Positions 19,131 to 29,745 of a DNA stretch of 64,000 nucleotides are shown here, piece by piece. Source of the stretch: Candidatus Spongiisociaceae bacterium (GTDB taxonomy: Bacteria > Actinomycetota > Acidimicrobiia > Spongiisociales > Spongiisociaceae); assembly GCA_965262915.1 (NCBI GenBank), contig OZ253564.1, positions 1,152,001 through 1,216,000 on the forward strand, written 5' to 3'. Made by a program: the position numbers and the translations under genes. Each line of letters opens with the position of its first letter. Within the stretch, counting starts at the first letter, position 1. The notes under the pieces were generated by a model. The model saw only the letters and a program-made list of their open reading frames with translations, did not search any database and was not told where the DNA came from.

Positions 19131-19500
19131 GGCAAATCATCCTTCCGCAGCTATACCGGTCGGCCTGCCGCATCGGAGCTGCCGGATGACGATCGTATGC
19201 CCGCGTCCGGCAACTGAACAAGAACCGGCGCTCGCGAGGCTATCAGATACGACGCTCCGGTGTCAGATTATCGATCCGATCCGGCGAGGTCTTGCCGGCG
19301 GCCCATCCTTCCTTCGCGATGGCGAACCACGTTTGCGGTCGCCCGGTGCTTTTCTGCGGTTCGGCCGTCGCGGACGTGATCGCCCGCCACCGCGCCCCAC
19401 CAGCGGAAAACGCGGATTAGCCGGTGGAAGCGCCGGACGGATGTCGAGCACCCGGAACGCGACCCGAGCGGTCCGGTTCCGGGTGGGTAGGCTGACGCCG

Positions 19501-19869
19501 ATGAGAGAGTCTGTGGCGGGCGCGCTGATCGTCCTGATGCTGGCCGCGTGCGGCGGTGAGGACTCCGGCACCGACGACGACGGTCCGCAGATCCCGCAGG
19601 GTACGGAGGAAGCCCAGGCGTCCTTCGAGCAATTCCTGAGCAGCCCCTTCATAAGCGAATCGCAGGCCGAGGAGACGAGAGCCATGGTCTGGAGCGCCTG
19701 TACCGCGTTCGATGAAGGGGCCACCTGGCCGGAGTTCGAGGATCAGACCAAGGCCGACGCCGAGGCGGAGGGCAGGCCCCTCGGAAGTCTCCAGATAGCC
19801 GGGATGCGCACCGCCGCCGGCAAGGGTATTGCGGCCTACTGCCCCCGTCACTCGGACAAAGCACCATAG
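19501..19869 (+). CDS. Small lipoprotein (DUF732-like, two further Cys)
   Basis: Lipobox MLAAC, WSAC...AAYCP. Confidence 0.65.
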   Translation: MRESVAGALIVLMLAACGGEDSGTDDDGPQIPQGTEEAQASFEQFLSSPFISESQAEETRAMVWSACTAFDEGATWPEFEDQTKADAEAEGRPLGSLQIAGMRTAAGKGIAAYCPRHSDKAP

Positions 19870-19911
19870 GCCCGTAGCCGGTCCCCCGTGGTTAGTGGTT
19901 ATTTGTAATAG

Positions 19912-21168
19912 TTGATAGCTACACCCCCGGCGAGCTGGCACCTGGCACCTGGCACCTGGCACCTGGCACCTGGCACCTGGCACCTGGCACCTGGCTACAA
20001 GGTGATCCCCGACCCCGACGCTCCGGGGCGTCACAACTACTTCCCGCATCAGGGGTTGGGCGGTATAAGGATGTTCTCCGCTCTCTGCCGGAAGCTGGAA
20101 GCGGATGGCGGCCGTATCCTCCTCGGAACGGGCTTCTCGCGATTACGGACCGGCGACCGGGGCGAAGTGGTAGGGGCGGTGTGTAACAGCGACCGAGGCG
20201 TCATCGATGTCGACGCCGCGGCGACCGTGCTGGCGACAGGGAGTTTCAGCCGCAACACCGAACTCAAGGTGCGGTACTTCGGAATCAACGGCGACCGCAC
20301 CAGCTATTACGGTTCCCGCCATCACGACGGGGACGGCATCCTGGCGGCGCTGGATGTGGGTGCCTCGGTTAGCAGCGGCATCTCCGTGAGCACCGGCGGA
20401 TGTGTGTTCGCCCCGCCCTTCGAGCCGCCCGACGACCGGCACGTGTTCCTGGGGGGCGGGAGTGGTCTGGCATTGGAGCAACGCCGGATGCCCGAGCCGG
20501 TGCCTTCCGGTGTCCAGCGGCTCAGCCTCCGCCCGCCGATCTGGGGTGACGAGCCGTCGATCCTCGTGAACCTCGACGGCGACCGCTTCGTCGACGAGTC
20601 CTCCCGCTACACGGTGATCGGCTGGGCGACGACCGGCCAGCGCGAGGGGCTGGGCTTCTGCATATTCGACCACCCGGTCTACGTGGAATACGCGGAGACC
20701 ATCGAGGTCGCCCGCGGGATGGGTGCATGGACCTTGCGCGCGAACACGGTCGAAGAACTGGCTCTCGGACTTGCCGGCTGGCGGAGGACTCCCTCATACA
20801 ACGAAGGCGTGAACCCCCGCCGGCTCCTCCGTACGCTGGCCGAATACAACGCGGCCGCCCGGGGCCGCAGGCTGGATGACCTGTGGCCGCCACGCAAGGA
20901 GGGCGGCCGACCCCTCAACCGGCCCCCCTTCTACGCTTCGCCTGTGGTTCAAGGGGTAGTGGACCCGGCGGGTGGATTGCGCATCGACTCGGATGCCCGG
21001 GTTCTCGACCGAGGAGGGCGCCCCATCGCAGGTCTCTTCGCGGCAGGCGCCGACGCCGGCCGCGCCTACACGCGCGAGCACGGGGGCTTCGCCTTCCGTC
21101 TGATCTTCGGCCGCCGCGCGGGAACCAGTGCGGCATGGCTGTCGAGTCAGGTGCCTGACCGCCGCTAG
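19912..21168 (+). pseudogene. FAD_binding_2 flavoprotein (fumarate reductase/KstD-like), N-terminally truncated
   Basis: VLATGSF, GDGI, ILVNLDGDRFVDE, GGLRID...GLFAAG; N-terminal GxGxxG Rossmann segment absent, heptamer array in its place. Confidence 0.7.
19935..19995 (+). repeat. (CTGGCAC)8.7 heptamer tandem array
   Basis: 8 perfect units 19935-19990 plus CTGGC. Confidence 0.97.
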
Positions 21169-21363
21169 CCGTCTCAGTAAGGGTCGCGTGCCCTGTGGCG
21201 TCCCGATGAGTGGTGGAGGCGGAGGTTGGGCCCGATAGGGATGGTAAGCAGCGGCTTGTTGCGATGTTCGCGTTCGTACGGTCAGGAGTGGCAGGGCCAT
21301 GAGAAAGAGGCGTCCCGTTGGCCGGGCCGCCTCTGTCGGTTGATCGATTGTGCAGCCAGTCGT

Positions 21364-22275
21364 TCAGCGGCCGAAGCCATCCCAGGGGCCGATGGTGCGG
21401 GACCGGTTGGGGATGCCGGCGATCTCGGGCGCCTGCATGGGATCGTCCGGGTCGTAGTTCTCGGCGATCCCCTTCACGATGAAGTCCGGCTCGAGGGTGA
21501 CCCAGTTGATCAGGTCGCCGTCGAGGCGGAAGATCCAGGTGGTGCCTTCCTCGTTGTCGGCGAGGAACGAACCGTGCTTCACCCTCGCAGGACGCCAGAA
21601 GTAGGCGCCCGGTGAGATCGGTCCGTAGTTGTAGGTCATGCTGCCCGAGAGGCAGTAGGCCTCCTCGAACACCGGGTGGTGCATGAGCCTCTCGTCACCC
21701 CACCCTGCAGGAGCGTGACACACGAAGGTGCGGAAACCCTTGGTCTGGTGGTCGGGATCCCAGTCGAAGTAGAGGTCCTTCTTCTGCAGGAACTGCTGGG
21801 TGAGTCCCCGTTCCGGCTTGTTCTGGATGAAGTCCATCTTCTCGCTGTGCATGATCGTGAGCTCGCCGGGTTCCTCCGACACCGTGTTCCCGCCCTTGGG
21901 GATGAAGTCGCTCTCGTCCCGATCGGCGATCGAGAAGCCCCAGTCGCCGTATTCACGGAATATCAGAACCTCCGAGCCGGACTCGATTCGCATGTGCGGA
22001 ACTCTGAGACCGGCCGGGGCCCGCCAGTATCCGCCGGGTCCGAAGTCCTGGTCTCCGAGGTGGACCCGGCCGTTGAGCACGAACCATTCGGTGTCGGCGC
22101 TGTGGTACCCGCCCGGGCGGCCCCAGTCCGTCTCGAAGAAGACCTTGAAGGACCCGGCCCCGTTCTCCTCGTCGTACGAGAGGTTCTGCTGGCGGGCCCG
22201 ACCCTCACCGCGTGGTAGCTCGGGCGCATGCCATATGAGATCCTGCTCGTGTACCAGTTCGACGTGCGGTCGCAT
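21364..22275 (-). CDS. DUF4437-type double cupin protein
   Basis: MRPHVELVH, LSYDEENGA, HHPVFEEAYCLSG, YFWRPARVKHG; AAGGAG RBS. Confidence 0.78.
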   Translation of the reverse strand: MRPHVELVHEQDLIWHAPELPRGEGRARQQNLSYDEENGAGSFKVFFETDWGRPGGYHSADTEWFVLNGRVHLGDQDFGPGGYWRAPAGLRVPHMRIESGSEVLIFREYGDWGFSIADRDESDFIPKGGNTVSEEPGELTIMHSEKMDFIQNKPERGLTQQFLQKKDLYFDWDPDHQTKGFRTFVCHAPAGWGDERLMHHPVFEEAYCLSGSMTYNYGPISPGAYFWRPARVKHGSFLADNEEGTTWIFRLDGDLINWVTLEPDFIVKGIAENYDPDDPMQAPEIAGIPNRSRTIGPWDGFGR

Positions 22276-22393
22276 CCGGTCACTCCTTGTCGCACCTACA
22301 CGGGCGAGTTTCGAGTGCGGGGGGCCGGGTGTCAAGCCCGTTCGGACGGAGGGTCGGCTACGCTGCGCCGGCGTGACGGGAGAGGAGCGCGAC

Positions 22394-22735
22394 GTGGGGA
22401 TCACCGAACTTGCCGCGCAGATCGAGGGGTTTCTCGATTCGGTTCCCGAAGGGAGCGATGTCCGGGCGTTCCTCCGTGCGGTCGAGGGCGTGTCGGATGT
22501 GGCGGTCCCGGTTTACGACGGACCGATCGAGCTGCTGGTGGCGCCGTCGGCGATCATCGGGAACGACGGCTCGCCCATCGTCACCAAAGAGGCCACCCGC
22601 GGTCAGTTGATCGACGCCGCGGCGGGGTTCAGGACCAACGCGCAGAAGCTGATCGGGGAGGCGGGCCGGGCGATGGCGACCGCGATCACCCTCGAGCAGC
22701 TTGCCGACAGCCTCGCCCCCGGCAGGAGACGATAG
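22394..22735 (+). CDS. Hypothetical protein
   Basis: GAGGAG RBS before GTG, GC3-rich codons, no family recognised. Confidence 0.55.
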   Translation: MGITELAAQIEGFLDSVPEGSDVRAFLRAVEGVSDVAVPVYDGPIELLVAPSAIIGNDGSPIVTKEATRGQLIDAAAGFRTNAQKLIGEAGRAMATAITLEQLADSLAPGRRR

Positions 22736-22825
22736 GGCCGCCGCTACCAGGGCCCCGATCCCCCGATTCCCGCGCGACGAACCACACTCGCTGCGGGATA
22801 CCCGAACCGGTTGAGCCGGGTCGGG

Positions 22826-24358
22826 TCAGGTTCCGAGTACCCCCGGATTCATGATTCCGTTCGGATCGAGTTGCCGCTTCAGCGTCCGGACGTAGCCGGA
22901 GTAGCCCTCGGAGATGTGGCCTGCAAAGTCGTAGTAGCGACCGATCTGGAAGTTGACCGCGCCGTGGTCCTGGTAGATGGTGGCAACGTCGTTCCGGAAA
23001 TCGGAGGCCACGCGGCGGGCCCCGTCGAAGCGGCCCCTGCGGCGGGTCACGCCTTTCACGAGGGCCTTGACCGCCATGCCCGTTGGTACCTTCCCGAGCA
23101 TCTTCACGTTCCGGGGATTGAGGACGTACGCCCGACGGAGCGGATCCAGTTCGTCGGGCCACACGATGTTGGTCTCGACCAGTAGCTGTCCCTTGACCGC
23201 ACACATCAGGTGGTAGTAGTAGACGTGTTCCCGCTCGAAGGCGCCGGCATACTGCTCCGCCAGCTTGTCGACCTTCTCCATAAGGTCGAGGGTGGCCGAG
23301 AACGGAACGATCCCATGAACGGGCGCCCAGACCTCGCCGTTGGTCGATACCAGCGAAGCGGTGATACCGCCGACGAATCCCATGAACGGCTCGTCCCGCC
23401 ACTTCCCGGCGAGTTCACCGGCCAATTCCCGGCCTCCGTGGTCACCAACGATGGACCGGATGGCGCCTGCGTTGGCGGAAATCACCTCCGCGCTCAGACC
23501 CTCGGTCGAGGCGTGCAGCACCTCGGCCGCTCCGGCGAGAAAGCCGTACCCGGCTCTGATCAGGCTGTCTAGACGCTTGCTGGACAGGTAGAAGACCTCC
23601 GATGCCAGTCGTGACCGAGCTATGCCTGACATAGCGGTGAGGAGTTCCGAGAGGGAGGGGAAGTCGAAGCTCATGGACTCGTGTCCATGAGGCTGCTCCA
23701 TCAACTCGAAGCTGGCTTCTGTCTTGACTCCGAATGCCCCCGAGTCCCCCACGAACATCCCGGTCAGGTCCGGCCCGTAGTACCGGAAGTGGCGCCATCC
23801 GTCCACATGGGCGCCCGAGCCGGTCCTGATCACTTCCCCGCCGGGAGTGACCACCTCGAGGCCGAGAAGCGTGTCTCCCACCGTCCCGTACTTGCCGGAC
23901 CCGTACCAGACGGCGTTGTTCGATATGCATCCCCCGAGGGTCGATCCTTCACCCGACAGCGGCCCCCAGAAGACCATACGCAGGCCCCTCTCGGACAGGA
24001 CGGAGTGGAGATCCTTCCAGGTGCAGCCGGTCTGGGCGGTGATCGACATGGAGTCCACGTCGATCTCCTGTATGGCGTTCATGCGGGATGTGTCGAGGAG
24101 GATCCCGCCTGCCACGGTCGGCGTGTAGCCGAGCGTATACGAGAGGCCGCCGCCCCTCGGATAGATTGGGGTTCCGTGCTCGTTGGCGAGGCGGACGACG
24201 CCCGCCACCTCCCCGGTCGTGGCGGGCTGGACCACGAATTCGGCCGGCGCCACCTCCAGCCGGCTCAGGTCGGTGCCGTAGTACGCCAAGTCCCTCTTCG
24301 CGGTGGAGACGTGGGCGCCACCGACGACATCCCTGAGGTCTTGCTTCAACTGGTTCAC
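22826..24358 (-). CDS. FAD-binding oxidoreductase (GlcD/VAO-PCMH family)
   Basis: YPRGGGLSY, STLGG, GDSGAFGVKT, LDPNGIMNPG. Confidence 0.9.
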   Translation of the reverse strand: MNQLKQDLRDVVGGAHVSTAKRDLAYYGTDLSRLEVAPAEFVVQPATTGEVAGVVRLANEHGTPIYPRGGGLSYTLGYTPTVAGGILLDTSRMNAIQEIDVDSMSITAQTGCTWKDLHSVLSERGLRMVFWGPLSGEGSTLGGCISNNAVWYGSGKYGTVGDTLLGLEVVTPGGEVIRTGSGAHVDGWRHFRYYGPDLTGMFVGDSGAFGVKTEASFELMEQPHGHESMSFDFPSLSELLTAMSGIARSRLASEVFYLSSKRLDSLIRAGYGFLAGAAEVLHASTEGLSAEVISANAGAIRSIVGDHGGRELAGELAGKWRDEPFMGFVGGITASLVSTNGEVWAPVHGIVPFSATLDLMEKVDKLAEQYAGAFEREHVYYYHLMCAVKGQLLVETNIVWPDELDPLRRAYVLNPRNVKMLGKVPTGMAVKALVKGVTRRRGRFDGARRVASDFRNDVATIYQDHGAVNFQIGRYYDFAGHISEGYSGYVRTLKRQLDPNGIMNPGVLGT

Positions 24359-24416
24359 GGCGCCATCTCCGACCGCAGGCTAGGACCGGGCCAGACTACA
24401 GCTCGACCAGGGCGTG

Positions 24417-25122
24417 TCACGCCCCGAGCATCTCGAATGACTCGGCCATGAGCGACTCGTCCCAGGACCCGATGGACTGGACATAGAAGCGGGTGACGCC
24501 CACTCCGGCCAACCGGGCCATCTGATCGGCGACCTGGTGAGGGGTTCCATGGGGGAGTAGGCACTCCGCGAAGCCGGCCTCCAGGTCGTCGGCGTCCATC
24601 CTCCGGTAGGCGGCGCCCTGCTCGAGCCTTCTTCGGTAGCTCGCCCGGTCGGTTCCCACGATGACGGGTCCCATTGCGCTTACCCGAAGGGCTCCGGGTG
24701 GCCGCCCAGCTGCTAGGGCGGCCTCCCTCGCCCGCCTTATCCGGGCCTCGAGGTCGTCGATCGGGGCGAGAAGGGCAAGGTTGTACTCGTCGGCGTACGT
24801 ACCTGCCAGGTACGGTGACCTCCGGGGTCCGAATCCACCGACCATTAGTGGAAGCGCTCCGGTGGGGGACGGTTCGACCGGCTCCGCATCCAGGTAGTAG
24901 TGCTTGCCGGAGAATCCGGGAGGGCCCTTGCCGAACGCGGCCCTCAGATAACCCAGCGCCTCCTCCAGCCGCTCCCAGCGTTCGGGCCACGGTGGGTACG
25001 GGATGCCGAACCGGCGGTGTTCCTCATCGAGCCATCCCGTTCCCAGGCCCAGGGTGAAACGTCCCCCGGACATGTGATCGATGGTCACCGACTGCTTGGC
25101 CAGAACCGACGGGTGGCGGAAG
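24417..25122 (-). pseudogene. LLM class (F420/flavin) oxidoreductase, 5'-truncated
   Basis: FRHPSVLAKQSVTIDHMSGGRFTLGLGTGW; N-terminal region missing. Confidence 0.8.
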
Positions 25123-25126
25123 TCAT

Positions 25127-25233
25127 GTGTACCCGCACTGGTTCGGTCTCGACATCAATCACTGCCGCTACTACCCGATCTACTCGGTGTGCGCAGAACT
25201 CGGCATCCCGATCGCCATGCAGGTCGGCAGCCA
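25127..25233 (+). pseudogene. Internal fragment of an amidohydrolase_2 gene
   Basis: YPHWFGLDINHCRYYPIYSVCAELGIPIAMQVG. Confidence 0.65.
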
Positions 25234-25779
25234 GTCGAGACGTTCGGGCGGTTGGACGGTCTGGTCTGCTGTGTCGGGTCGACACCTCTCGGTGACTTCT
25301 CGGTCGTGAACGATCACGATTGGCGGCAGGCCTTCGAGATGAAGGTGCTGGCGACGATCAGGGCTATCCGGGTGGCGCGGCCTCACTTGGCGGCGACCGG
25401 CGCAGGACGCGTGGTGGCGGTAACCGGCAACGCCTCGCGCACCCGTCTCCCATACCTACTGACCTCCACCATCATGAACGCCGGACTCGAGGCCCTCGTT
25501 TCCTCGCTGTCCCGCCAGTTCTCCGCTGATGGGATCGCGATCAACGCGGTGTCTCCGGGGCCGGTCAACACCAGGCGCTACGAAGGGCTGGTGGAGGCGG
25601 TGGCTGTCCATACAGGGTTGGACTCGCCATCGGCCTGGCGTCACATAGAGGCGTCCATCCCGGCAGGACGTATCACGGAACCCGAAGAGGTGGTCCGCCT
25701 TGTTGCGTATCTCGTGGCCCCCTCAGCAGCGCCGGTCACAGGTAGCACCTACATCATCGACGGTGGCCAGAGCCCCTGA
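25234..25779 (+). pseudogene. SDR oxidoreductase C-terminal fragment
   Basis: VETFGRLDGLV, INAVSPGPVNT, VTGSTYIIDGG; TGxxxGxG missing. Confidence 0.75.
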
Positions 25780-25893
25780 CCTGGTGTCCTTTATTGAGGT
25801 CGCCGGGCGACCTCCACGGTGCTGCGAGCCCGATTCGCGACGGACGCGATACGCCGGGTCGATGTCAGAGCGCGCAAAGGGTACGTCCAGAGG

Positions 25894-26082
25894 TCACGAG
25901 GGCCAGGACAGGATGACAGAAACCGCCAAGGCCAACCCACCGAGGAAGATGCCGGCAAGCCATTTGGTCTGGCGGAAGATGGTGCGTTCGACATCGCGCA
26001 ACGCCTCGGATAGGTCGGTGCGTGCCTCTGCCTGACGTGCCTCGTCCTCCGCGTCTACCAGAGATTCGGTAACGGCTGCCAT
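25894..26082 (-). CDS. Small coiled-coil protein with C-terminal TM helix (DUF1640/CCDC90-like)
   Basis: RTDLSEALRDVERTIFRQTKWLAGIFLGGLALAV. Confidence 0.45.
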   Translation of the reverse strand: MAAVTESLVDAEDEARQAEARTDLSEALRDVERTIFRQTKWLAGIFLGGLALAVSVILSWPS

Positions 26083-26166
26083 GCGGACCCCCGGCTGTCA
26101 ACGTCAGCTATCGTACTGTAGTTGAGTATAAGTGAGTTAATGTTAGCTGTCCACTCGCGTGGGCTT

Positions 26167-26273
26167 CTAGGAGGGTGGTGCAAAACCCCTTCACGGCGCG
26201 TCGACCGATGACATAATGCCTGTTCAGAGGAAGACGGGCCGTTGCTCCCCACCGTTTTAGACCACCCTTCTAG
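26167..26273. mobile_element. Family A MITE, 99 bp plus CTAG duplication
   Basis: CTAG-GAGGGTGGTGCAAAAC...GTTTTAGACCACCCTT-CTAG; nearly identical to 37567-37673. Confidence 0.92.
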
Positions 26274-26412
26274 ACCACATGCTTGCTCCGCCTCGCGACC
26301 TGAGCTTTCGGCGTAGCGGGTCCCGGCGGATCACTTTGCCGCGTCCTGCTGTCCGGATGCGAGTGGATCCGCGTCGAGGACTCCGGGGGCGCGTATCCCC
26401 GTGTGCCGCGGG

Positions 26413-27954
26413 TCAAGAGGAGAAGCGCTCCCGCAGATCGCGTTTGAGCACCTTCATGCCGGCGTTGCGGGGGAGTACGTCGACCGTCTCGTAGCGGCGG
26501 GGGACCTTGTAGCGAGCGAGTTGCGAGCGGCACAGCTCATCCAGTTGGTCCACGGGGAGCGGTCCCTCCCCTCGTGTGACCACCACCGCGGTCACCTGCT
26601 CTCCCCACTTCTCCGACGGCAGCCCGATGACGGCAACATCCTGAACGGATGGGTGCCGCACAAGAACTTCCTCGACATCACGCGGATACACGTTGGCGCC
26701 TCCCGAGATGATCAGGTCCTTCTTGCGGTCGACGATGTAGTGGTAGTTCTCGTCGTCGACCATCGCCAGGTCACCGGCCGAGAAGAAGCCGTCCTCGGTG
26801 GTCGACTCGGCAGTGGCCTCGGGGTTCTTGTAGTACCCGTTCATCAGGTACGGGGATCTGGAGAAGAGTTCACCGATCTCGCCGGGCTGGACGGGGTTGC
26901 CATCCTCGTCGACGACGCGAACCTCGGTCATGAACCAGGCCGGCCCTACGCAGCGCTCCTTGCGCATGATGTCGGCCGGCCGCAGGTTCGTCACGATGGC
27001 CGCCTCGGTCGATCCGTAGAGCTCGTGGAGACCGACATCGGGGAACATCCCGTGTACCCACTCCTTTAGCGCCTGGGGGAGGGGGGCGGCGTTGAAGTAG
27101 ATGACCTCGAGAGAGGAGATGTCGAAGCTGCGGATAGCGTCCTCACCCAGGGAGCGGACCAGAGCGGCATGGGTCGGCACCAGGAAGACCGTGTGGGGCC
27201 GGTCCCGCTCGATAATCGAGAGCAGGCCGTCGGGACTGAAGGCTCGCAGCATCGAAACTGTCCCGCCGGTATGGACCGCCGCGTACGCAAACGCAAAACC
27301 TGCTCCGTGGTACATGGGAGCCACCGCGATGGTCGTCCTCCCCGGTCCGAGGCCCCATTCCAGGGCGGTCGCGTAGAAGGTCAGGGTCCTGGAACGGTGG
27401 CTGATGACCACTCCCTTGGGGTTGCCGGTTGTCCCGGAGGTATAGGCGATGGCGAACGGGTCGGTCTCCGCCACGCGGATCCTGGGATCGATGCTCCGGG
27501 CGTTCTCGAGAGCGTTCTCGTAGCTCCGCCCTGCCTCCTGACCTCCGATGGACAGGACGGTGGCCGGTTCGCGCGACTCGGTGGCGGCGGTGGCGTTACC
27601 GGCGAGCGAGTTTTCGAGGATGAGCGCCCTGGCGTCGGAGCGGTCGAAGATGAAGTCGACCTCCGGCGCAGGCGATTTGGGGTTGAGCGGGATCATCACC
27701 ATGCCCGCCTTGGCGATACCCGCCGCTACCTCGCAGTATTCGAGCCGGTTGCCGCTGAGGAACCCTACGTGGTCACCCGGATGGAGGCCGGCGGCGAGCA
27801 AGACGTTGGCGACACGGTTGGAACGGTCGTCGAGTTCTGCATACGTCTGCGTGCGGTCGCCGTCGATTACCGCCGTAGCGCCCGGTGTGGCGATCGCGAA
27901 CTCACGGATGCCGTTGGCGATGTTGAGGTCTGCGCCTCGGGGAAGGATTGCCAT
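26413..27954 (-). CDS. Acyl-CoA synthetase / class I adenylate-forming enzyme
   Basis: YTSGTTGNPKG, ELYGSTE, SAGDL, DRKKDLIISGG, KVLK. Confidence 0.95.
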   Translation of the reverse strand: MAILPRGADLNIANGIREFAIATPGATAVIDGDRTQTYAELDDRSNRVANVLLAAGLHPGDHVGFLSGNRLEYCEVAAGIAKAGMVMIPLNPKSPAPEVDFIFDRSDARALILENSLAGNATAATESREPATVLSIGGQEAGRSYENALENARSIDPRIRVAETDPFAIAYTSGTTGNPKGVVISHRSRTLTFYATALEWGLGPGRTTIAVAPMYHGAGFAFAYAAVHTGGTVSMLRAFSPDGLLSIIERDRPHTVFLVPTHAALVRSLGEDAIRSFDISSLEVIYFNAAPLPQALKEWVHGMFPDVGLHELYGSTEAAIVTNLRPADIMRKERCVGPAWFMTEVRVVDEDGNPVQPGEIGELFSRSPYLMNGYYKNPEATAESTTEDGFFSAGDLAMVDDENYHYIVDRKKDLIISGGANVYPRDVEEVLVRHPSVQDVAVIGLPSEKWGEQVTAVVVTRGEGPLPVDQLDELCRSQLARYKVPRRYETVDVLPRNAGMKVLKRDLRERFSS

Positions 27955-28020
27955 ATCACCTCACAGATTTGGCCACGAGACTAACGAGGCAATCCACCAT
28001 CCTATTCTTGGCAGCCCCAG

Positions 28021-28807
28021 CTACCCCGACTCCGTTCCGCCTCGCATGGGCGGGAGCTCGTAGCCGTCCACGGGCTCGTAGGTGTTGCCTATGGGCCCCG
28101 GCACGATAACGAAGAACATGCACCCGTCGATCGAATGCATCGGGCCGTGCACGTCCTCCGGGGGGTGGGCCAGGTAGGCGCCCTTGGTCATCCTCCCGAA
28201 GGTGGTGTCGATGGTCCCTTCCAGGATGTAGACCTCCTCCGAGAAAGTATGCCACTCCGTATAGGGGCTGACCCACTGGGGCAGCAGCCCGTTGATCGAC
28301 GCACCCTGCTGGGCATCCGGGTCGTTGCGCAAGGCCTTCCGGGCGGCGCCTCCCGGAAAGTCATCGAAGCGCGGGGACTCCCAGGTGACCGCCAGGCTGT
28401 CTACCGGGGGCACTGCCCGCTCGGGGCGGAACATCGGGCCCGGTTCGTCGGAGGGATGCCAGTGCGGGGTTTCCGTGAACGATGCGAAGACCACGGATCC
28501 GGTGGAGGTACGTAGCGGCTCGCGCAGCTTGCCGGAAGGGTGGAAGGCATAGCAGTACGGGTGGCGGGTCTGGTCCCCCCACGTCATCTCGCCTTCCAGG
28601 TAGAAGATGTCCTCGTCCGAGGTGTTGTAGCCGGTCTCTCGCCGCTCGAAGCCGGGCGGGAACTCGACAACCGCCGTTACGCCCCCTGTGTCGGGGTCAG
28701 GGCTGAGGGGCTTCATCCGGACAGGGATGTTCCCTCCGGGTAGGGCGGGCGAGTTCCACCCAGTCGATATCGTCGACGTGGATGATGTCGATGTGGGGAC
28801 GGGTCAC
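28021..28807 (-). pseudogene. DUF4437-type cupin, frameshifted by a 4-bp GCCC duplication near 28745
   Basis: GTG 28807 gives MTRPHIDIIHVDDIDWVELA; removing one GCCC joins it to LPGGNIPVRMKPLSPDPDTGG...HTFSEEVYILEG. Confidence 0.75.
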
Positions 28808-28831
28808 GCAGTCTTCTTCCGTAAGGCCAAG

Positions 28832-29680
28832 TCAGTTTCCCGTGATGACGTACCCGAGGACGCGGTCCACGTTCTTGGGCACCCATGCGTCGAAGCCCCG
28901 CCACGATCCGTAGCGGGGTCGTAGTTCCTCGGTCACCGTGCGGCACACTTCGTCCCGAAACCGCTCCGTCATAGCGATGCCGTCCTCGCCCGGCAAGGGG
29001 TTCTGGCCGCCACCGCGACGGAATGCTGCTTCGGTTCGCTCCACGAGTTCCTCGAAATAGGCAAGATACCCGGTCACCCATGCCGGATCTCCCGGCCCCC
29101 GATGCCCACCCATGACCGTGCGGTATTCGAGTCGGGATGCGGCACGCAAGCTCCTGATACTCCCCATGACGTCGGTGTCGGGCAACTCGCGGTAAGGGGC
29201 GACCCCTGGCTCTACGAGATCGACGAACAGGAGCATGGGGCCCGTGCCGGTGGGAAAGATGAAGGCCGAATTGGTTCGCGAGTGGTTCGGTCCGTAGTGG
29301 TGCAATTCGATCCGGTAGTCGCCGACGTCGAGTACCTCCTCATCCTGAAGATGACGTGTGGGCGCCGCGATGTCTTGGTCTCCCCGGTAGGTGAGCCATC
29401 TGCCAACGGAGTGATGAGCGATCACCTCCGCACCCGGCACGAGAGTCCGTGCGCCAGTTATGTGGTCGCGATGGTCGTGGCTGTAGAGGATCCACCTGAC
29501 CGGTTCGGAGGTCACCGACGCGATCGCCTCTCGATAGGAAGCAGCGGCTACCTCATCGATTGGATCGGTGGCGACCACCCCGGAACCCGTCTCGGCGAAG
29601 ACACTGGCGTAGAACCCCGGCCTCCAGCGGAACACATGCGTTCCCGCGCCCAGATCCTCGACAGCCCAGAGGTTGCCCAT
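28832..29680 (-). CDS. Metallo-beta-lactamase fold hydrolase
   Basis: YSHDHRDH (HxHxDH), GPNHS, MGGH. Confidence 0.88.
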   Translation of the reverse strand: MGNLWAVEDLGAGTHVFRWRPGFYASVFAETGSGVVATDPIDEVAAASYREAIASVTSEPVRWILYSHDHRDHITGARTLVPGAEVIAHHSVGRWLTYRGDQDIAAPTRHLQDEEVLDVGDYRIELHHYGPNHSRTNSAFIFPTGTGPMLLFVDLVEPGVAPYRELPDTDVMGSIRSLRAASRLEYRTVMGGHRGPGDPAWVTGYLAYFEELVERTEAAFRRGGGQNPLPGEDGIAMTERFRDEVCRTVTEELRPRYGSWRGFDAWVPKNVDRVLGYVITGN

Positions 29681-29745
29681 CCGGGCATCCAGGAGACGCC
29701 GAACCTCGCCGGAGTAGGGCTGAAGGAGGAGGGGCCGTGTTCTGC

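Noticed and set aside
19893-19922. AT-rich TAGTGGTTATTTGTAATAGTTGATAG as an IS end
   Set aside because: No partner inverted repeat found
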